Shown here: positions 49,821-59,892 of the stretch, piece by piece
Position numbering within the stretch: position 1 is the first letter of the stretch
How the letters are laid out: the number at the start of each line of letters is the position of its first letter
Source of the DNA: Algoriphagus sp.
GTDB taxonomy: Bacteria > Bacteroidota > Bacteroidia > Cytophagales > Cyclobacteriaceae
Direction: 5' to 3'
NCBI RefSeq assembly: GCF_029254265.1
Contig: NZ_JAQWXX010000048.1
Location: 27,256 to 91,255, forward strand
Length of the DNA: 64,000 nt
The notes under the pieces: model-generated
Database searches by the model: none
What the model was told of the DNA's origin: nothing
What the model saw: the letters and a program-made list of their open reading frames with translations, nothing else
Position numbers and translations under genes: made by a program

Positions 49821-52781
49821 ATGAGCAACATGCTTTGGAGGGTATTCGCCGTCTGTATTATTGTTCTTACTTTCTCTTCCGGGAAACTCGACGAATCACT
49901 TCTAATCGAGGACCCATTGATTTCCGTTGACCAAATTTCCCAAAGCAATTGGGTTGATTCGGTATTTCAAAGTTTGACATTTGATGAGCGGCTTGGTCAG
50001 CTTTTTATGGTGGCAGCTTACTCCAACAAAGATCAGGCACATGTCAACGAGATCACTAATTTGATCAAGACAGAAAATCTTGGAGGTCTGATCTTTTTTC
50101 AGGGAGGCCCTGATCGGCAAGCCCGATTGACCAATCTCTACCAAGCTCAGGCTAAAACTCCTCTTTTTATTGCAATGGATGCTGAGTGGGGAATTGGAAT
50201 GCGTTTGGATTCTGTACCTGATTTCCCCAAGGCAATGACTTTGGGAGCTATTCAAGATGAAAAACTCATCTATGAAATGGGCGAAGAGATGGCCCGCCAA
50301 TTCAAAGAGCTTCGAATGCATATCAATTTTGCACCTGTAGTAGATGTTAATTCTAATCCTGACAATCCAGTTATAGGCTATCGAGCTTTTGGAGGAAACA
50401 AGGAACTGGTCGCAAAGCAGGCGGTAGCTTACATGAAAGGTCTTCAGGATAATGGGGTAATCGCCAATGCAAAGCATTTTCCGGGTCATGGTGATACTGA
50501 AGCTGATAGTCACTATTCACTCCCCGTAATCAAGCACCCTGAGCAACGAATCTGGGATATAGATCTATATCCCTATGAGGAGCTTTTCAAAGAAAACCTC
50601 ATGTCTGTCATGGTTGTCCATTTAAATATCCCGAGTCTGGACAGCGAGGCCAACAGTGCTACTAGCCTTTCAAAAAAAGTGGTAACTGACCTACTTCAGA
50701 AAAGGATGAATTTCCAAGGGTTGGTTTTCACAGATGCATTAAATATGCGGGGTGTGGCAAAAGCAAATTCTCCAGGTGAGGTAGATTTAAAGGCACTTTT
50801 GGCAGGAAATGATGTCTTGCTATATTCCATGGATGTGCCAAAGGCGAAGGCAATGATCAAGAAAGCTGTGGAAGATGGAATCATTAGCGAGTCTGAAATA
50901 GATCGAAGAGTAAAAAAAATCTTAAAAGCAAAATACTGGTCTGGACTCAATCATTATGTGCCGATTAAAACTTTTGAACTAAATGATCGGCTACATACCC
51001 CAAAAACAGATGAACTTATAGAAAAATTGTATGCTAGTTCCATCACAGTAGCTTCCAATAAAGACAAATTAATCCCCTTTGAGCAATTAGACCTCAAGAG
51101 TTTTGCAAGTCTGAGTATAGGTGATGATGGGAAAGTGTTTCAAAAATACCTTGGGAAGTATACCAAGTTTGACCATTTCAGTATTCAAAAAGCGGCAAAT
51201 GAAACCACGCATTACAACACCCTGAAACAACTCGAAGACTATGATGTCGTCGTAGTGGGATTGATGGGAGTGACTAATAGTCCAAAGCGGAAATTTGGTA
51301 TTGCAGATGCCGATGTACAATTGATCCGGGATCTTTCCAAAAGACAAAAAGTCGTAACTGTATTATTTGGAAATGCCTACGCTTCTCAGCATTTGGAAGG
51401 GTTGGGAAATTTAGTCTTTGCCTTTGAAAATAATGAAACTACACAAGAATTAGCTCCCCAGATCCTTTTCGGAGCTAGACCTGCAGAAGGAATTCTTCCT
51501 GTGACAGTTAGTAGCCAATATTCTTTTGGAGTGGGTGGCTATATGGAATCTTTGAAAAGACTTTCCTATGGGACTCCTGAGAGTGTAGGGTTGGATAGCA
51601 AGATCTTAAATAAAATAGATGAAGTGGCTGAAAAAGCCATTCGGATTCAAGCCACGCCCGGTGCAAATGTATTGGTCGTCAAAGATGGAAAAGTAGTCTT
51701 TGAGCGCTCCTACGGTAAGCTCGAATACAAAAGCAGTCCAAAAGTCAATTCCGAAACAGTTTATGATTTAGCCTCGATCACGAAAGTCCTGGCGACTACA
51801 CAGGCAGTAATGTTTCTTCAAAGTCGAGGTGAATTGGACATGGATAAAACCTTGGGGCATTATCTCCCGGAATTAAGAGGCACCAACAAAGAAAAACTAG
51901 TGCTCAAAGACGTGATGGCACATGAGGCCGGCTTGGTTGCTTTTATTCCTCATTATGCAAAAACTGTAGAAGGAGGAAACTGGAAATCAGAATATTTTCA
52001 TGCCACTTCGAGTCCAGGTTTTTCTCGTCCCGTATCCAATGACATGTTTGGAAATGATGCCCTTCGAGACAGTATTTGGACCTGGACTATCGAATCTAAA
52101 CTCACGCCTAAACCCTCAGGAGCGGCCAAGCATAAATATGTCTATTCTGACTTGACAATGTATTTTATGCAGGCAGTAGTAGAAAAAATTGTTAACCAAC
52201 CCATGGAAGTATTTTTGGAGCAGAACTTTTATGCTCCACTTGGTCTCCATACTTTGACTTTCAATCCATTTAACAAAATGCCACTGGACAACATTGCTCC
52301 TACAGAAAATGATGTAGCGTTTCGTAAGCGGCAAGTTCAAGGATATGTACATGATCCAGGAGCAGCAATGTACGGAGGAGTGGCTGGACATGCTGGCCTT
52401 TTCGGTACAGCCAATGATCTTGCTGTTATGATGCAGCTTATGCTGAACAAAGGCTATTATGGAGATGTCAGTCTAATAAAAAGCGGCACGGTAACAGAAT
52501 TCACAAAAAGACAATCCACTCAAAGTAGAAGAGGCTGGGGCTGGGACAAGCCAGAACCTGAAAAAGGAAAGGGAGGATCTGCAGGAGATCTAGCTCCAAA
52601 AAGCACCTTTGGACATACCGGATTCACAGGAACCTGTGTATGGGCGGATCCAGAGAATAACCTGATTTATGTCTTTCTATCCAACCGAGTATATCCTGAC
52701 GGAAACAACACCAGATTATTGAAAGAAGGTATTCGAACAGAAATTCACGATATCATTTATCAAGCTCTCAGTAAAAAATAG
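49821..52781 (+). CDS. GH3 beta-N-acetylglucosaminidase fused to a beta-lactamase-fold serine hydrolase
   Basis: KHFPGHGD and FTDAL (GH3); ASITK (SxxK), YSD and GHTGFTGT. Confidence 0.93.
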   Translation: MSNMLWRVFAVCIIVLTFSSGKLDESLLIEDPLISVDQISQSNWVDSVFQSLTFDERLGQLFMVAAYSNKDQAHVNEITNLIKTENLGGLIFFQGGPDRQARLTNLYQAQAKTPLFIAMDAEWGIGMRLDSVPDFPKAMTLGAIQDEKLIYEMGEEMARQFKELRMHINFAPVVDVNSNPDNPVIGYRAFGGNKELVAKQAVAYMKGLQDNGVIANAKHFPGHGDTEADSHYSLPVIKHPEQRIWDIDLYPYEELFKENLMSVMVVHLNIPSLDSEANSATSLSKKVVTDLLQKRMNFQGLVFTDALNMRGVAKANSPGEVDLKALLAGNDVLLYSMDVPKAKAMIKKAVEDGIISESEIDRRVKKILKAKYWSGLNHYVPIKTFELNDRLHTPKTDELIEKLYASSITVASNKDKLIPFEQLDLKSFASLSIGDDGKVFQKYLGKYTKFDHFSIQKAANETTHYNTLKQLEDYDVVVVGLMGVTNSPKRKFGIADADVQLIRDLSKRQKVVTVLFGNAYASQHLEGLGNLVFAFENNETTQELAPQILFGARPAEGILPVTVSSQYSFGVGGYMESLKRLSYGTPESVGLDSKILNKIDEVAEKAIRIQATPGANVLVVKDGKVVFERSYGKLEYKSSPKVNSETVYDLASITKVLATTQAVMFLQSRGELDMDKTLGHYLPELRGTNKEKLVLKDVMAHEAGLVAFIPHYAKTVEGGNWKSEYFHATSSPGFSRPVSNDMFGNDALRDSIWTWTIESKLTPKPSGAAKHKYVYSDLTMYFMQAVVEKIVNQPMEVFLEQNFYAPLGLHTLTFNPFNKMPLDNIAPTENDVAFRKRQVQGYVHDPGAAMYGGVAGHAGLFGTANDLAVMMQLMLNKGYYGDVSLIKSGTVTEFTKRQSTQSRRGWGWDKPEPEKGKGGSAGDLAPKSTFGHTGFTGTCVWADPENNLIYVFLSNRVYPDGNNTRLLKEGIRTEIHDIIYQALSKK

Positions 52782-52787
52782 AAATTC

Positions 52788-52830
52788 AAGAAAGGCAGAA
52801 ATTATACTCATTTTCTGCCTTTCTTTTTTT
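52788..52830. terminator. Bidirectional terminator
   Basis: AAGAAAGGCAGAAA ... TTTCTGCCTTTCTT followed by a T-run. Confidence 0.85.
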
Positions 52831-52836
52831 TAAAAC

Positions 52837-54168
52837 TTACTTTTTACCTACAAGAATCAATTCTTCTTGTGGCTCGATCAGATAGGTAGCACCATCTGAA
52901 GTGACTACTGCCATTTCCTCTACAGATATGGTTTTGGTATTTCCATCAGGCAATTTCCAACAATGAAACCCATCGAAAGCGAAAGTCATTCCCTCTTTTA
53001 ATTCTTTTTGAGCAGCCGGTCGGGGAGTTGGACTTTGCGAGCCTCCAAGATTCGGCCCCACATCATGTGCTACATAACCGACAGGGTGACCAGTGCTCCA
53101 CATTACATATTCAGAACCAGCAGCCTCCATTAGGTTACGTTGAGCCCGATCTACATCCTCTCCTTTGACGCCGGGTTTCATTGCAGCCAAAGCCGCTCTA
53201 CTACCAGCTTTCCCATGATTCCAATAGCTTTGAATCTCTACCGGAGCTTCTGTCTCTCCATCTTTCAGGACATATCCAAATCGCTGAATATCACTTACCC
53301 AGATATCATAAAGCTTGACGCCAAAATCAATCTGAATCACATCCCCGCCCTGAATCACCTTATCTGTGGCATGTGAGTGACCCCGATCAGGCCCAGAATT
53401 GACATTTGGATTTTGATCTGGATGCCAAGCGTCAGTGACTCCATATTCAACCATTTTTGATTTTAAAAATCTTGCAACATCCGCATCTGTGGTTTTGCCG
53501 GGTTCTATCATTTGATAAGCTTCGTACTGGAAGTCCGAAGCGAGTTTTGCGGCTTGTTTAAGAATTTCAACTTCAGCAGGAAGCTTAATTGAGAGCCATT
53601 CATAGACAAGCTCAGTAGATGAAACCAATTTAGAAGCTTCCTCACCCAATGCTTTTTCAAGTTCCAAATGCTGGGAATGGGTAAGCCCGTCTGCGAGCGA
53701 GTTTGAGGCGGAAGTATTAATCGCAATGGCAGAAAAATTCTTTTCTTTGATAAAGTCAGCTGCCTGATCAAGAGTGGAAATACCGCGCTCCACTCTTACA
53801 ACCGTATCATGAATATCGAGTTCATCCAGAGCCGTAGCCTCTCCATCCGGAGAAAAAACCAAGGAGTGAAATCCAACTTCATCAAAGTAAAAAATAAATA
53901 TTGCAGATCCGCTGGCATTTTCCCCTCCGATATGACTCGCGATGGGATCATTATTGTTTTCTCTACAGATGCTTACCCAACAGTCCACCCCTGCAGCTTT
54001 CATAGCCTTAGGTAGTAAAACTGAAATTCGCTCCTTTCGGATTTCCGGCCATGGATTATTTGACCAAAGATTTTCTGAATTTTGGGATACTGTTTGCTTT
54101 TCCGAGGGCTGATCACATGCCTGAAAAACCAATAGGAAGAAAAAAAGCAGATTGACAAGTCTGTTCAT
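52837..54168 (-). CDS. M24 (Xaa-Pro peptidase-like) metallopeptidase lipoprotein
   Basis: Lipobox QAC; IDFG..SDIQR, TGHPVG..HD and SVEE. Start moved to ATG 54168. Confidence 0.82.
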   Translation of the reverse strand: MNRLVNLLFFFLLVFQACDQPSEKQTVSQNSENLWSNNPWPEIRKERISVLLPKAMKAAGVDCWVSICRENNNDPIASHIGGENASGSAIFIFYFDEVGFHSLVFSPDGEATALDELDIHDTVVRVERGISTLDQAADFIKEKNFSAIAINTSASNSLADGLTHSQHLELEKALGEEASKLVSSTELVYEWLSIKLPAEVEILKQAAKLASDFQYEAYQMIEPGKTTDADVARFLKSKMVEYGVTDAWHPDQNPNVNSGPDRGHSHATDKVIQGGDVIQIDFGVKLYDIWVSDIQRFGYVLKDGETEAPVEIQSYWNHGKAGSRAALAAMKPGVKGEDVDRAQRNLMEAAGSEYVMWSTGHPVGYVAHDVGPNLGGSQSPTPRPAAQKELKEGMTFAFDGFHCWKLPDGNTKTISVEEMAVVTSDGATYLIEPQEELILVGKK

Positions 54169-54383
54169 ATGCAGATATTTTTTGAATTCGAAGATAAAGT
54201 AAATTGGAAAATTCAATGCTTCATATTATTAAAAAGGGCTCAAACTGGTAAAAAAAAGGATATTGAATAAAAGTTACGAAGCCAGTTTTCTGATTGATCC
54301 ATAAAAAAATTTTAATTTGAACAAAAAATAGGTTTATGCGTGTTACCAACACAGCAATTAAACCTGCACCACCATATTATATT

Positions 54384-55520
54384 ATGAAAATAGGAATTGT
54401 TTGTTACCCAACTTTTGGAGGAAGTGGAGTAGTCGCCACTGAACTAGGAAAGGGACTGGCAAAACTGGGTCATGAAATTCATTTCATCACCTATAGGCAG
54501 CCTTCAAGGTTAGATTTTTTTAGTGAAAATCTATTTTATCATGAGGTAGATATTAAGAGTTATCCTCTTTTCGAGCATGCTCCCTACGAACTTGCCCTTG
54601 CAAGTAAAATGGTCAGTGTAGTTAAATATGAAAACTTGGACCTTCTTCATGTCCATTATGCGATTCCTCATGCTTCTGCAGCATATATGGCAAAGCAAAT
54701 CTTAAAAACACAAGGAATTCACATTCCTGTTGTAACTACACTTCACGGAACGGATATTACTTTGGTGGGTAAGGATCAAAGTTATGAACCTGTAGTAACA
54801 TTCAGTATTAATCAATCAGACGGGGTGACATCCGTTTCTGAGGATTTAAAGAAGGAAACCTATTCGCATTTTGAAGTAACTCGAGACATTGAAGTGATTC
54901 CAAACTTTATTGATCTGGAGCGATTCAAAAGACAGAAAAAAGAGCACTTCAAATTAGCAATCTGTCCAAATGGTGAAAAACTATTGGTTCACACCTCCAA
55001 TTTTCGAAAAGTGAAGCGGGTAGAAGATGTGATTAGAGTTTTTTTCGAAGTAAGGAAAATGATTCCTGCTAAACTTTTGCTCGTAGGAGATGGTCCAGAG
55101 CGGGACCGTATGGAGCGATTGTGCAGGGAATTAGGAACTTGTGAAGACACCCGGTTTTTGGGTAAGCTAGATGCGGTAGAAGAGGTTTTGTCAGTAGCGG
55201 ACTTATTCCTAATGCCTTCCGAAAAAGAGAGTTTTGGACTTGCTGCCCTCGAAGCGATGGCTTGTGAAGTTCCAATTCTTACTTCGAATGCAGGTGGAAT
55301 CCCTGAACTAAATATTGATGGGGTAACTGGATATGCCTGTAATGTCGGTGATGTACAAGACATGAAAGAAAAAGCACTGTTTATTCTTGATGACAACAAC
55401 CTGCCAAAATTTAAAGCAAACGCATTGGCAAGGGCTAAAGAATTTGATATTTCTGAGATTTTGCCAAAATACGTAGCTTACTATCATCGGACTATTGAAT
55501 TGACGATGGCACAAATTTGA
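54384..55520 (+). CDS. bshA: N-acetyl-alpha-D-glucosaminyl L-malate synthase
   Basis: MKIGIVCYPTFGGSGVVATELG, HVHYAIPHA, TTLHGTDIT and ESFGLAALEAM. Start ATG 54384. Confidence 0.95.
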   Translation: MKIGIVCYPTFGGSGVVATELGKGLAKLGHEIHFITYRQPSRLDFFSENLFYHEVDIKSYPLFEHAPYELALASKMVSVVKYENLDLLHVHYAIPHASAAYMAKQILKTQGIHIPVVTTLHGTDITLVGKDQSYEPVVTFSINQSDGVTSVSEDLKKETYSHFEVTRDIEVIPNFIDLERFKRQKKEHFKLAICPNGEKLLVHTSNFRKVKRVEDVIRVFFEVRKMIPAKLLLVGDGPERDRMERLCRELGTCEDTRFLGKLDAVEEVLSVADLFLMPSEKESFGLAALEAMACEVPILTSNAGGIPELNIDGVTGYACNVGDVQDMKEKALFILDDNNLPKFKANALARAKEFDISEILPKYVAYYHRTIELTMAQI

Positions 55521-55642
55521 TAGGAAATAGATTATTATGAGTTAAATCATCCCTTATAAAAGTCGATTTATCTTACCTTTGTAATCAGATAAAACCTTTT
55601 TTAGGGGAATACGAATTATTATTTAAGTCACTTAAGTTGCAT

Positions 55643-56269
55643 ATGAAAAAGATTGGAAGATTGGAAAAGCCAGACAATTTTGGTTCAGCCCACATGTTCT
55701 CCAACCCTATTCTTGAAAGGATTTCGAGAACGCATATATCTATACCTATCACTATGTTCCTAGTGATGGCCCTGATATCATTTTACATTGCCTACACTGA
55801 GACTAGTACTTTTATTGGAACAGGAATATTATTATTAATCGCAGGATTTATCTTTTTTACTTTTGTGGAATATTTCATGCACAAGTATTTTTTCCATATG
55901 GAACCTAATACGCCGATTAAAGACAAAGTACAGTATAGCATACATGGAGTTCACCATGATTATCCAAAGGATAAAGATCGATTAGCTATGCCTCCTTTTG
56001 TGAGCGCTGCTTATGCAGCAATTCTATATTTGATCTTTAAATTGATTATGGGTGATTTAGCTTATTATTTTCTCCCAGGTTTCTTAATAGGGTACGCATC
56101 CTATCTAGGGGTACACTACATTGTACATGCATTTCCACCTCCCAAGAATTTCTTCAAAACCCTTTGGGTAAATCATGCAATTCATCATTATAAAGATCCC
56201 GATTCAGCCTTTGGAGTAAGTACACCCCTATGGGATATCATTCTGGGTACGATGCCAAAAAAGGATTAA
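55643..56269 (+). CDS. Fatty-acid hydroxylase/sterol desaturase family protein (FA2H-like, no cytochrome b5 domain)
   Basis: His boxes EYFMHKYFFH, HGVHHDYP, HYIVH and HAIHHY; FGVS..WD. Confidence 0.88.
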   Translation: MKKIGRLEKPDNFGSAHMFSNPILERISRTHISIPITMFLVMALISFYIAYTETSTFIGTGILLLIAGFIFFTFVEYFMHKYFFHMEPNTPIKDKVQYSIHGVHHDYPKDKDRLAMPPFVSAAYAAILYLIFKLIMGDLAYYFLPGFLIGYASYLGVHYIVHAFPPPKNFFKTLWVNHAIHHYKDPDSAFGVSTPLWDIILGTMPKKD

Positions 56270-56275
56270 TATTTT

Positions 56276-56301
56276 AAGCCTCCCGAATAGGAGGTTTTTT
56301 T
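56276..56301 (+). terminator. Intrinsic terminator
   Basis: AAGCCTCC-CGAATA-GGAGGTTT followed by a T-run. Confidence 0.75.
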
Positions 56302-56316
56302 ATTTTATTTTCAAAA

Positions 56317-57150
56317 ATGAAAGTATCAATCATAGGTTTGGGTTGGCTAGGATTTCCACTGGCAAAATCACTACAATCAAAAGGATTCTCAGTAATCGGT
56401 AGTACCACTAGCTTAGAAAAAAAAGAAAGGATTCAAAAACTGGGTATTACTTCAGTTCAGTTGGAAATGGCACCTCATCCGATAGGATTAGGATTCGCAC
56501 CACTATTTGATGTAGACGTTTTAATCATTACAATTCCTTCAAAATCTAGACAGCAATCCGGAGATTTTTATCTTGAACAATTGAAATATCTAAAAAGCAT
56601 GATCACCAATTCAAAGGTGAATAAGGTTGTTTTCATCTCAAGCACAAGTATTTATCCGGAAGCTCCAAGACAAAAAGAATATCTTGAATCTGAATCCCTC
56701 AATCTGGAAAACACCGGGAATCAAACTCAATTGCGTGGAGAATCCCTACTTCAAGGGGCAAAAGATTATGAACTTACTATCATCAGATTTGGTGGTCTGA
56801 TGGGAGGAAATCGAATTCCAGGGAAATATTTTGCAGGTAAAGAAAATGTAATGGGACATACCAGGGTCAATTTTATCCATATCCTCGATGCAATTGGAAT
56901 AGTCGAATGGGTAATCTTGAAAGGACTATGGAACGAAACGTTCAATGGTGTAGCTCCTTTTCATCCCTTTAGAAAGGAGATTTATGAAAGGAATGCGATA
57001 GAATATGGATTAGACCCTCCCAAAAGTTATTCAACTGGAATTAGTAGCTTAGACCGCTTGATATCTTCCCAAAAAATCCAAGACTCTGGATATCAATTTA
57101 AAACCCCAAATCCTTTAGACTTCGAATACGATCTAAATAAAAGCATTTAA
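56317..57150 (+). CDS. NAD(P)-binding atypical SDR (YeeZ-like)
   Basis: IIGLGWLG, FISSTSIY and RFGGL. Confidence 0.8.
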   Translation: MKVSIIGLGWLGFPLAKSLQSKGFSVIGSTTSLEKKERIQKLGITSVQLEMAPHPIGLGFAPLFDVDVLIITIPSKSRQQSGDFYLEQLKYLKSMITNSKVNKVVFISSTSIYPEAPRQKEYLESESLNLENTGNQTQLRGESLLQGAKDYELTIIRFGGLMGGNRIPGKYFAGKENVMGHTRVNFIHILDAIGIVEWVILKGLWNETFNGVAPFHPFRKEIYERNAIEYGLDPPKSYSTGISSLDRLISSQKIQDSGYQFKTPNPLDFEYDLNKSI

Positions 57151-57485
57151 TGGAGTTTTGCTCCATTAGGAACTGACCGTTCCACAGACGTAAGTATAAC
57201 ACCTCCACCGTATGCTAAGAATCCTGTGACCAATACTTCAGACATGAAATCAGCAATTTGACGAGGCTTGAAATTACATACGCAAACAACCTGACGACCG
57301 ATCAAATCTTCAATTTGATAATAATCTGTGATTTGAGCGGAGGATTTTTTAATCCCGACTTCCTCTCCCAGATCCACCCAAATTTTATAAGCAGGCTTTC
57401 TTGCTTTTTCAAAGTTCTCTGCTTTGACAATAGTACCGACTCTAAGGTCTATTTTTTCGAAATCTTCGTAATCAATCGTTTGCAT
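57147..57485 (-). CDS. csaA: CsaA/Trbp111-like tRNA-binding protein
   Basis: DLRVGTI, KSSAQIT and NFKPRQI..FMSEVLV. Start moved to ATG 57485. Confidence 0.9.
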   Translation of the reverse strand: MQTIDYEDFEKIDLRVGTIVKAENFEKARKPAYKIWVDLGEEVGIKKSSAQITDYYQIEDLIGRQVVCVCNFKPRQIADFMSEVLVTGFLAYGGGVILTSVERSVPNGAKLH

Positions 57486-57559
57486 AGTGGATATTTTTAC
57501 TAATTTTAGGAACCTTTTCGCAAAGTCAAAGTTAAATAACAAGACTAGAAATTTTAAAA

Positions 57560-57910
57560 ATGACCGATTCATCCAAATTCCCTTTTAAAAAAATCACCTT
57601 TTTCAGCCTTGCTGTATTGGGTTTTTGCTTTTTGCCGGAAGTTTCTTTCGCTCAAGAAGACTTAGGAAAAGTCGAATCAGAGATTTTAAAACCTTCGGAT
57701 AGAGTTAATCAAGACAATAGTATCAACTTATTGGAAGGTAGTGCTTCTGGGGCTATCCTTAATCCCAAACAGACTGTTATAATTCAAAAAGGAGCAGCAG
57801 TAAAGAAAGAAAATCCATTAGTGGGAGAGGGTAAAAAGTCTGAACCGGCACCTTCCACTCTTAACTTCAATATTTTTCTTTACATCGTTGACAAGTTTAA
57901 AGCAGATTAA
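57560..57910 (+). CDS. Hypothetical secreted protein
   Basis: Signal-peptide-like N-terminus; conserved-looking C-terminus (NFNIFLYIVDKFKAD). Confidence 0.6.
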   Translation: MTDSSKFPFKKITFFSLAVLGFCFLPEVSFAQEDLGKVESEILKPSDRVNQDNSINLLEGSASGAILNPKQTVIIQKGAAVKKENPLVGEGKKSEPAPSTLNFNIFLYIVDKFKAD

Positions 57911-57919
57911 AAAATATAA

Positions 57920-57962
57920 AACGCATAAAAAAAGAGGCTTAATGCCTCTTTTTTTATGCGTT
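57920..57962. terminator. Bidirectional terminator, perfect 19-bp inverted repeat
   Basis: AACGCATAAAAAAAGAGGC-TTAAT-GCCTCTTTTTTTATGCGTT; overlaps the HisA-like stop codon. Confidence 0.9.
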
Positions 57963-58691
57963 CTCAGAATTAAATTTTTCCAACTCTTCTAGGGAAATAA
58001 GCCCCTCGTAATAGGCTCTTCCAAATACTGCGGCTGTCACCCCCATTTCCTTAAGTTTTCTGAAATCATCTATGCCTCTTACTCCACCGCTCGCAGCTAA
58101 ATGGATTGATGGAAAACGATCTCTTATTTTTTGGAAAAGAACAAAATTTGGACCTTCTGCTATCCCGTCACGACTCACATCAGAGCATTTTAAGTATTTT
58201 AATCCTCGCTCGTGAAAGAATTCAATGTGATCAAAAAGATCAATTTCAGTCTTTTTTAACCAACCTCTTATTTTGATTTTGTAATCTGCCGGATTGACGT
58301 CAGCAGCTAAATTTATTTTTTCCCTACCGTAGGAAAGTAAAAATTGCGCAAAGCGCTCAGGATTATTCGCTGCTATAGAACTTACAGTAACTGTAGCAGC
58401 TCCAAATTCAAAAGACTTGATTACGTCTCCATCGGTTGTAATACCTCCAGTGAAGTCAACTTTGAGATCTGTGTATCCAGTGATTGCTTCTAAAATATGA
58501 TAATTTTTTGGCTCGCCTCTTCTTGCACCATCAAGATCAACCAAATGAATCCGCTTCAGACCGATGGACTCAAAAGCTTGGGCAATTTCAAGAGGATTAT
58601 CCGAAATTACCTTCTCAGTGGAGAAGTCGCCACGCTTTAGGCGGACGCATTTTCCATTAATTAACCAAATCGAAGGGACTATTTCAAACAT
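57954..58691 (-). CDS. HisA-like (beta/alpha)8 protein, stand-alone paralog
   Basis: VRL..G, HLVDLDGA, TGGI, DVSRDG and ASGG; N-terminal catalytic Asp replaced by Trp. Confidence 0.85.
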   Translation of the reverse strand: MFEIVPSIWLINGKCVRLKRGDFSTEKVISDNPLEIAQAFESIGLKRIHLVDLDGARRGEPKNYHILEAITGYTDLKVDFTGGITTDGDVIKSFEFGAATVTVSSIAANNPERFAQFLLSYGREKINLAADVNPADYKIKIRGWLKKTEIDLFDHIEFFHERGLKYLKCSDVSRDGIAEGPNFVLFQKIRDRFPSIHLAASGGVRGIDDFRKLKEMGVTAAVFGRAYYEGLISLEELEKFNSENA

Positions 58692-58853
58692 TACAGTGGG
58701 GTTTTCTAAATTATTAGTATTGGTTTTTAAAACCGGTGTTCAAAGATAATACAGGATAGGATTCTTCTGTAAAACTTCAAATCTATTCTTTCAGATTTTT
58801 GAATAAATAATCCGGTAAATCGAATATACTATAATAAATCTTGGATTTTATTT

Positions 58854-59885
58854 TCAATATTTCAATTTAGCAACTTTCCCATTGGCTCCTGAAGCCCAAA
58901 TAGAGGCTTCTGTGTGACCGATTTTCACAGAATGAAATCCTTCTTGAGAGAAATTTTGCCAAAAGACTCCGCCATCCTTTGAAAAATCGGAGCCACTAGG
59001 CCCCACCGCTATTAGCCAATCCAATCCTGGAAAAAATGTCACACCAGATCGATACCCTTTAGGAGGACTCCCTACTTGAATCCATTCCTCTTGATCCAGA
59101 ACAAATTTTCCGAAATTTTTAATCGAATCAGTTTCCTTTAAGTAGTCTCCCCCTACAGCGAATAATTGATTTTTCCCGATGGCAGTAACTGCAAATATTC
59201 CCTGAGAACTTTCGCCTTGAATTAAAATAGAATTATACTCTCTCCATTGATCTCCACCATTTTCAGAAATATAAAGATTAGCCTCAGACCCTCCACTTCC
59301 TAAAATCAACATCTCCTCAATTGCCAGTAAAGAACTTGCACTAGCAGCAAAGCCTGCCTCACCAAATGCTGCATCTGGAGGATTCAGCAAAGAATACCAA
59401 GTCTCCCCCTTATTGACTGTCTTTAATACAGTCCATTTACCATTCACTGGATCACCAATCACATAACCGGTGTCCTGATTGGCAAAGGAAATTCCATCCA
59501 AAAATGCCTGATCACTTTCCCGATGTTTCAACTCCCAAGTTATACCTCCATCAGCTGTTCGATAGATTACAGCCGGCTGACCAGCAGAAACTGCAACAGC
59601 ATTTTCAGCATCAAATGCGTGAATTGACCTAAAATCGACAGTATCCAATCCCGCAATGACTCCATGATCCCAGGTTTTTCCACCATCTAAAGTCCGCAGC
59701 CAAGTACCATTACTTCCACTCGCCCAAGCAATATCTTTAGTCAATGGAGAAAGTCCACGCAATGACGATTTGACGGGAGTTTGAAATACTTCCCATCCTT
59801 TTGGTGCTTCTGGTATTGGCTCCGTATGGGTTGAACAGGAAAAAAGCGCTCCTAAAAAGGAAAGCGCTATTAAAAATTGTCTCAT
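58854..59885 (-). CDS. YCF48/BNR (Asp-box) repeat beta-propeller lipoprotein
   Basis: Repeated T/S-x-D-G-G-x-T-W Asp boxes; lipobox FSC. Confidence 0.85.
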   Translation of the reverse strand: MRQFLIALSFLGALFSCSTHTEPIPEAPKGWEVFQTPVKSSLRGLSPLTKDIAWASGSNGTWLRTLDGGKTWDHGVIAGLDTVDFRSIHAFDAENAVAVSAGQPAVIYRTADGGITWELKHRESDQAFLDGISFANQDTGYVIGDPVNGKWTVLKTVNKGETWYSLLNPPDAAFGEAGFAASASSLLAIEEMLILGSGGSEANLYISENGGDQWREYNSILIQGESSQGIFAVTAIGKNQLFAVGGDYLKETDSIKNFGKFVLDQEEWIQVGSPPKGYRSGVTFFPGLDWLIAVGPSGSDFSKDGGVFWQNFSQEGFHSVKIGHTEASIWASGANGKVAKLKY

Positions 59886-59892
59886 TCTTTAT

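Noticed and set aside
49821-52781. Beta-lactamase-fold domain as an antibiotic resistance gene
   Set aside because: The GH3-serine hydrolase fusion is a familiar Bacteroidota peptidoglycan/GlcNAc-processing architecture.
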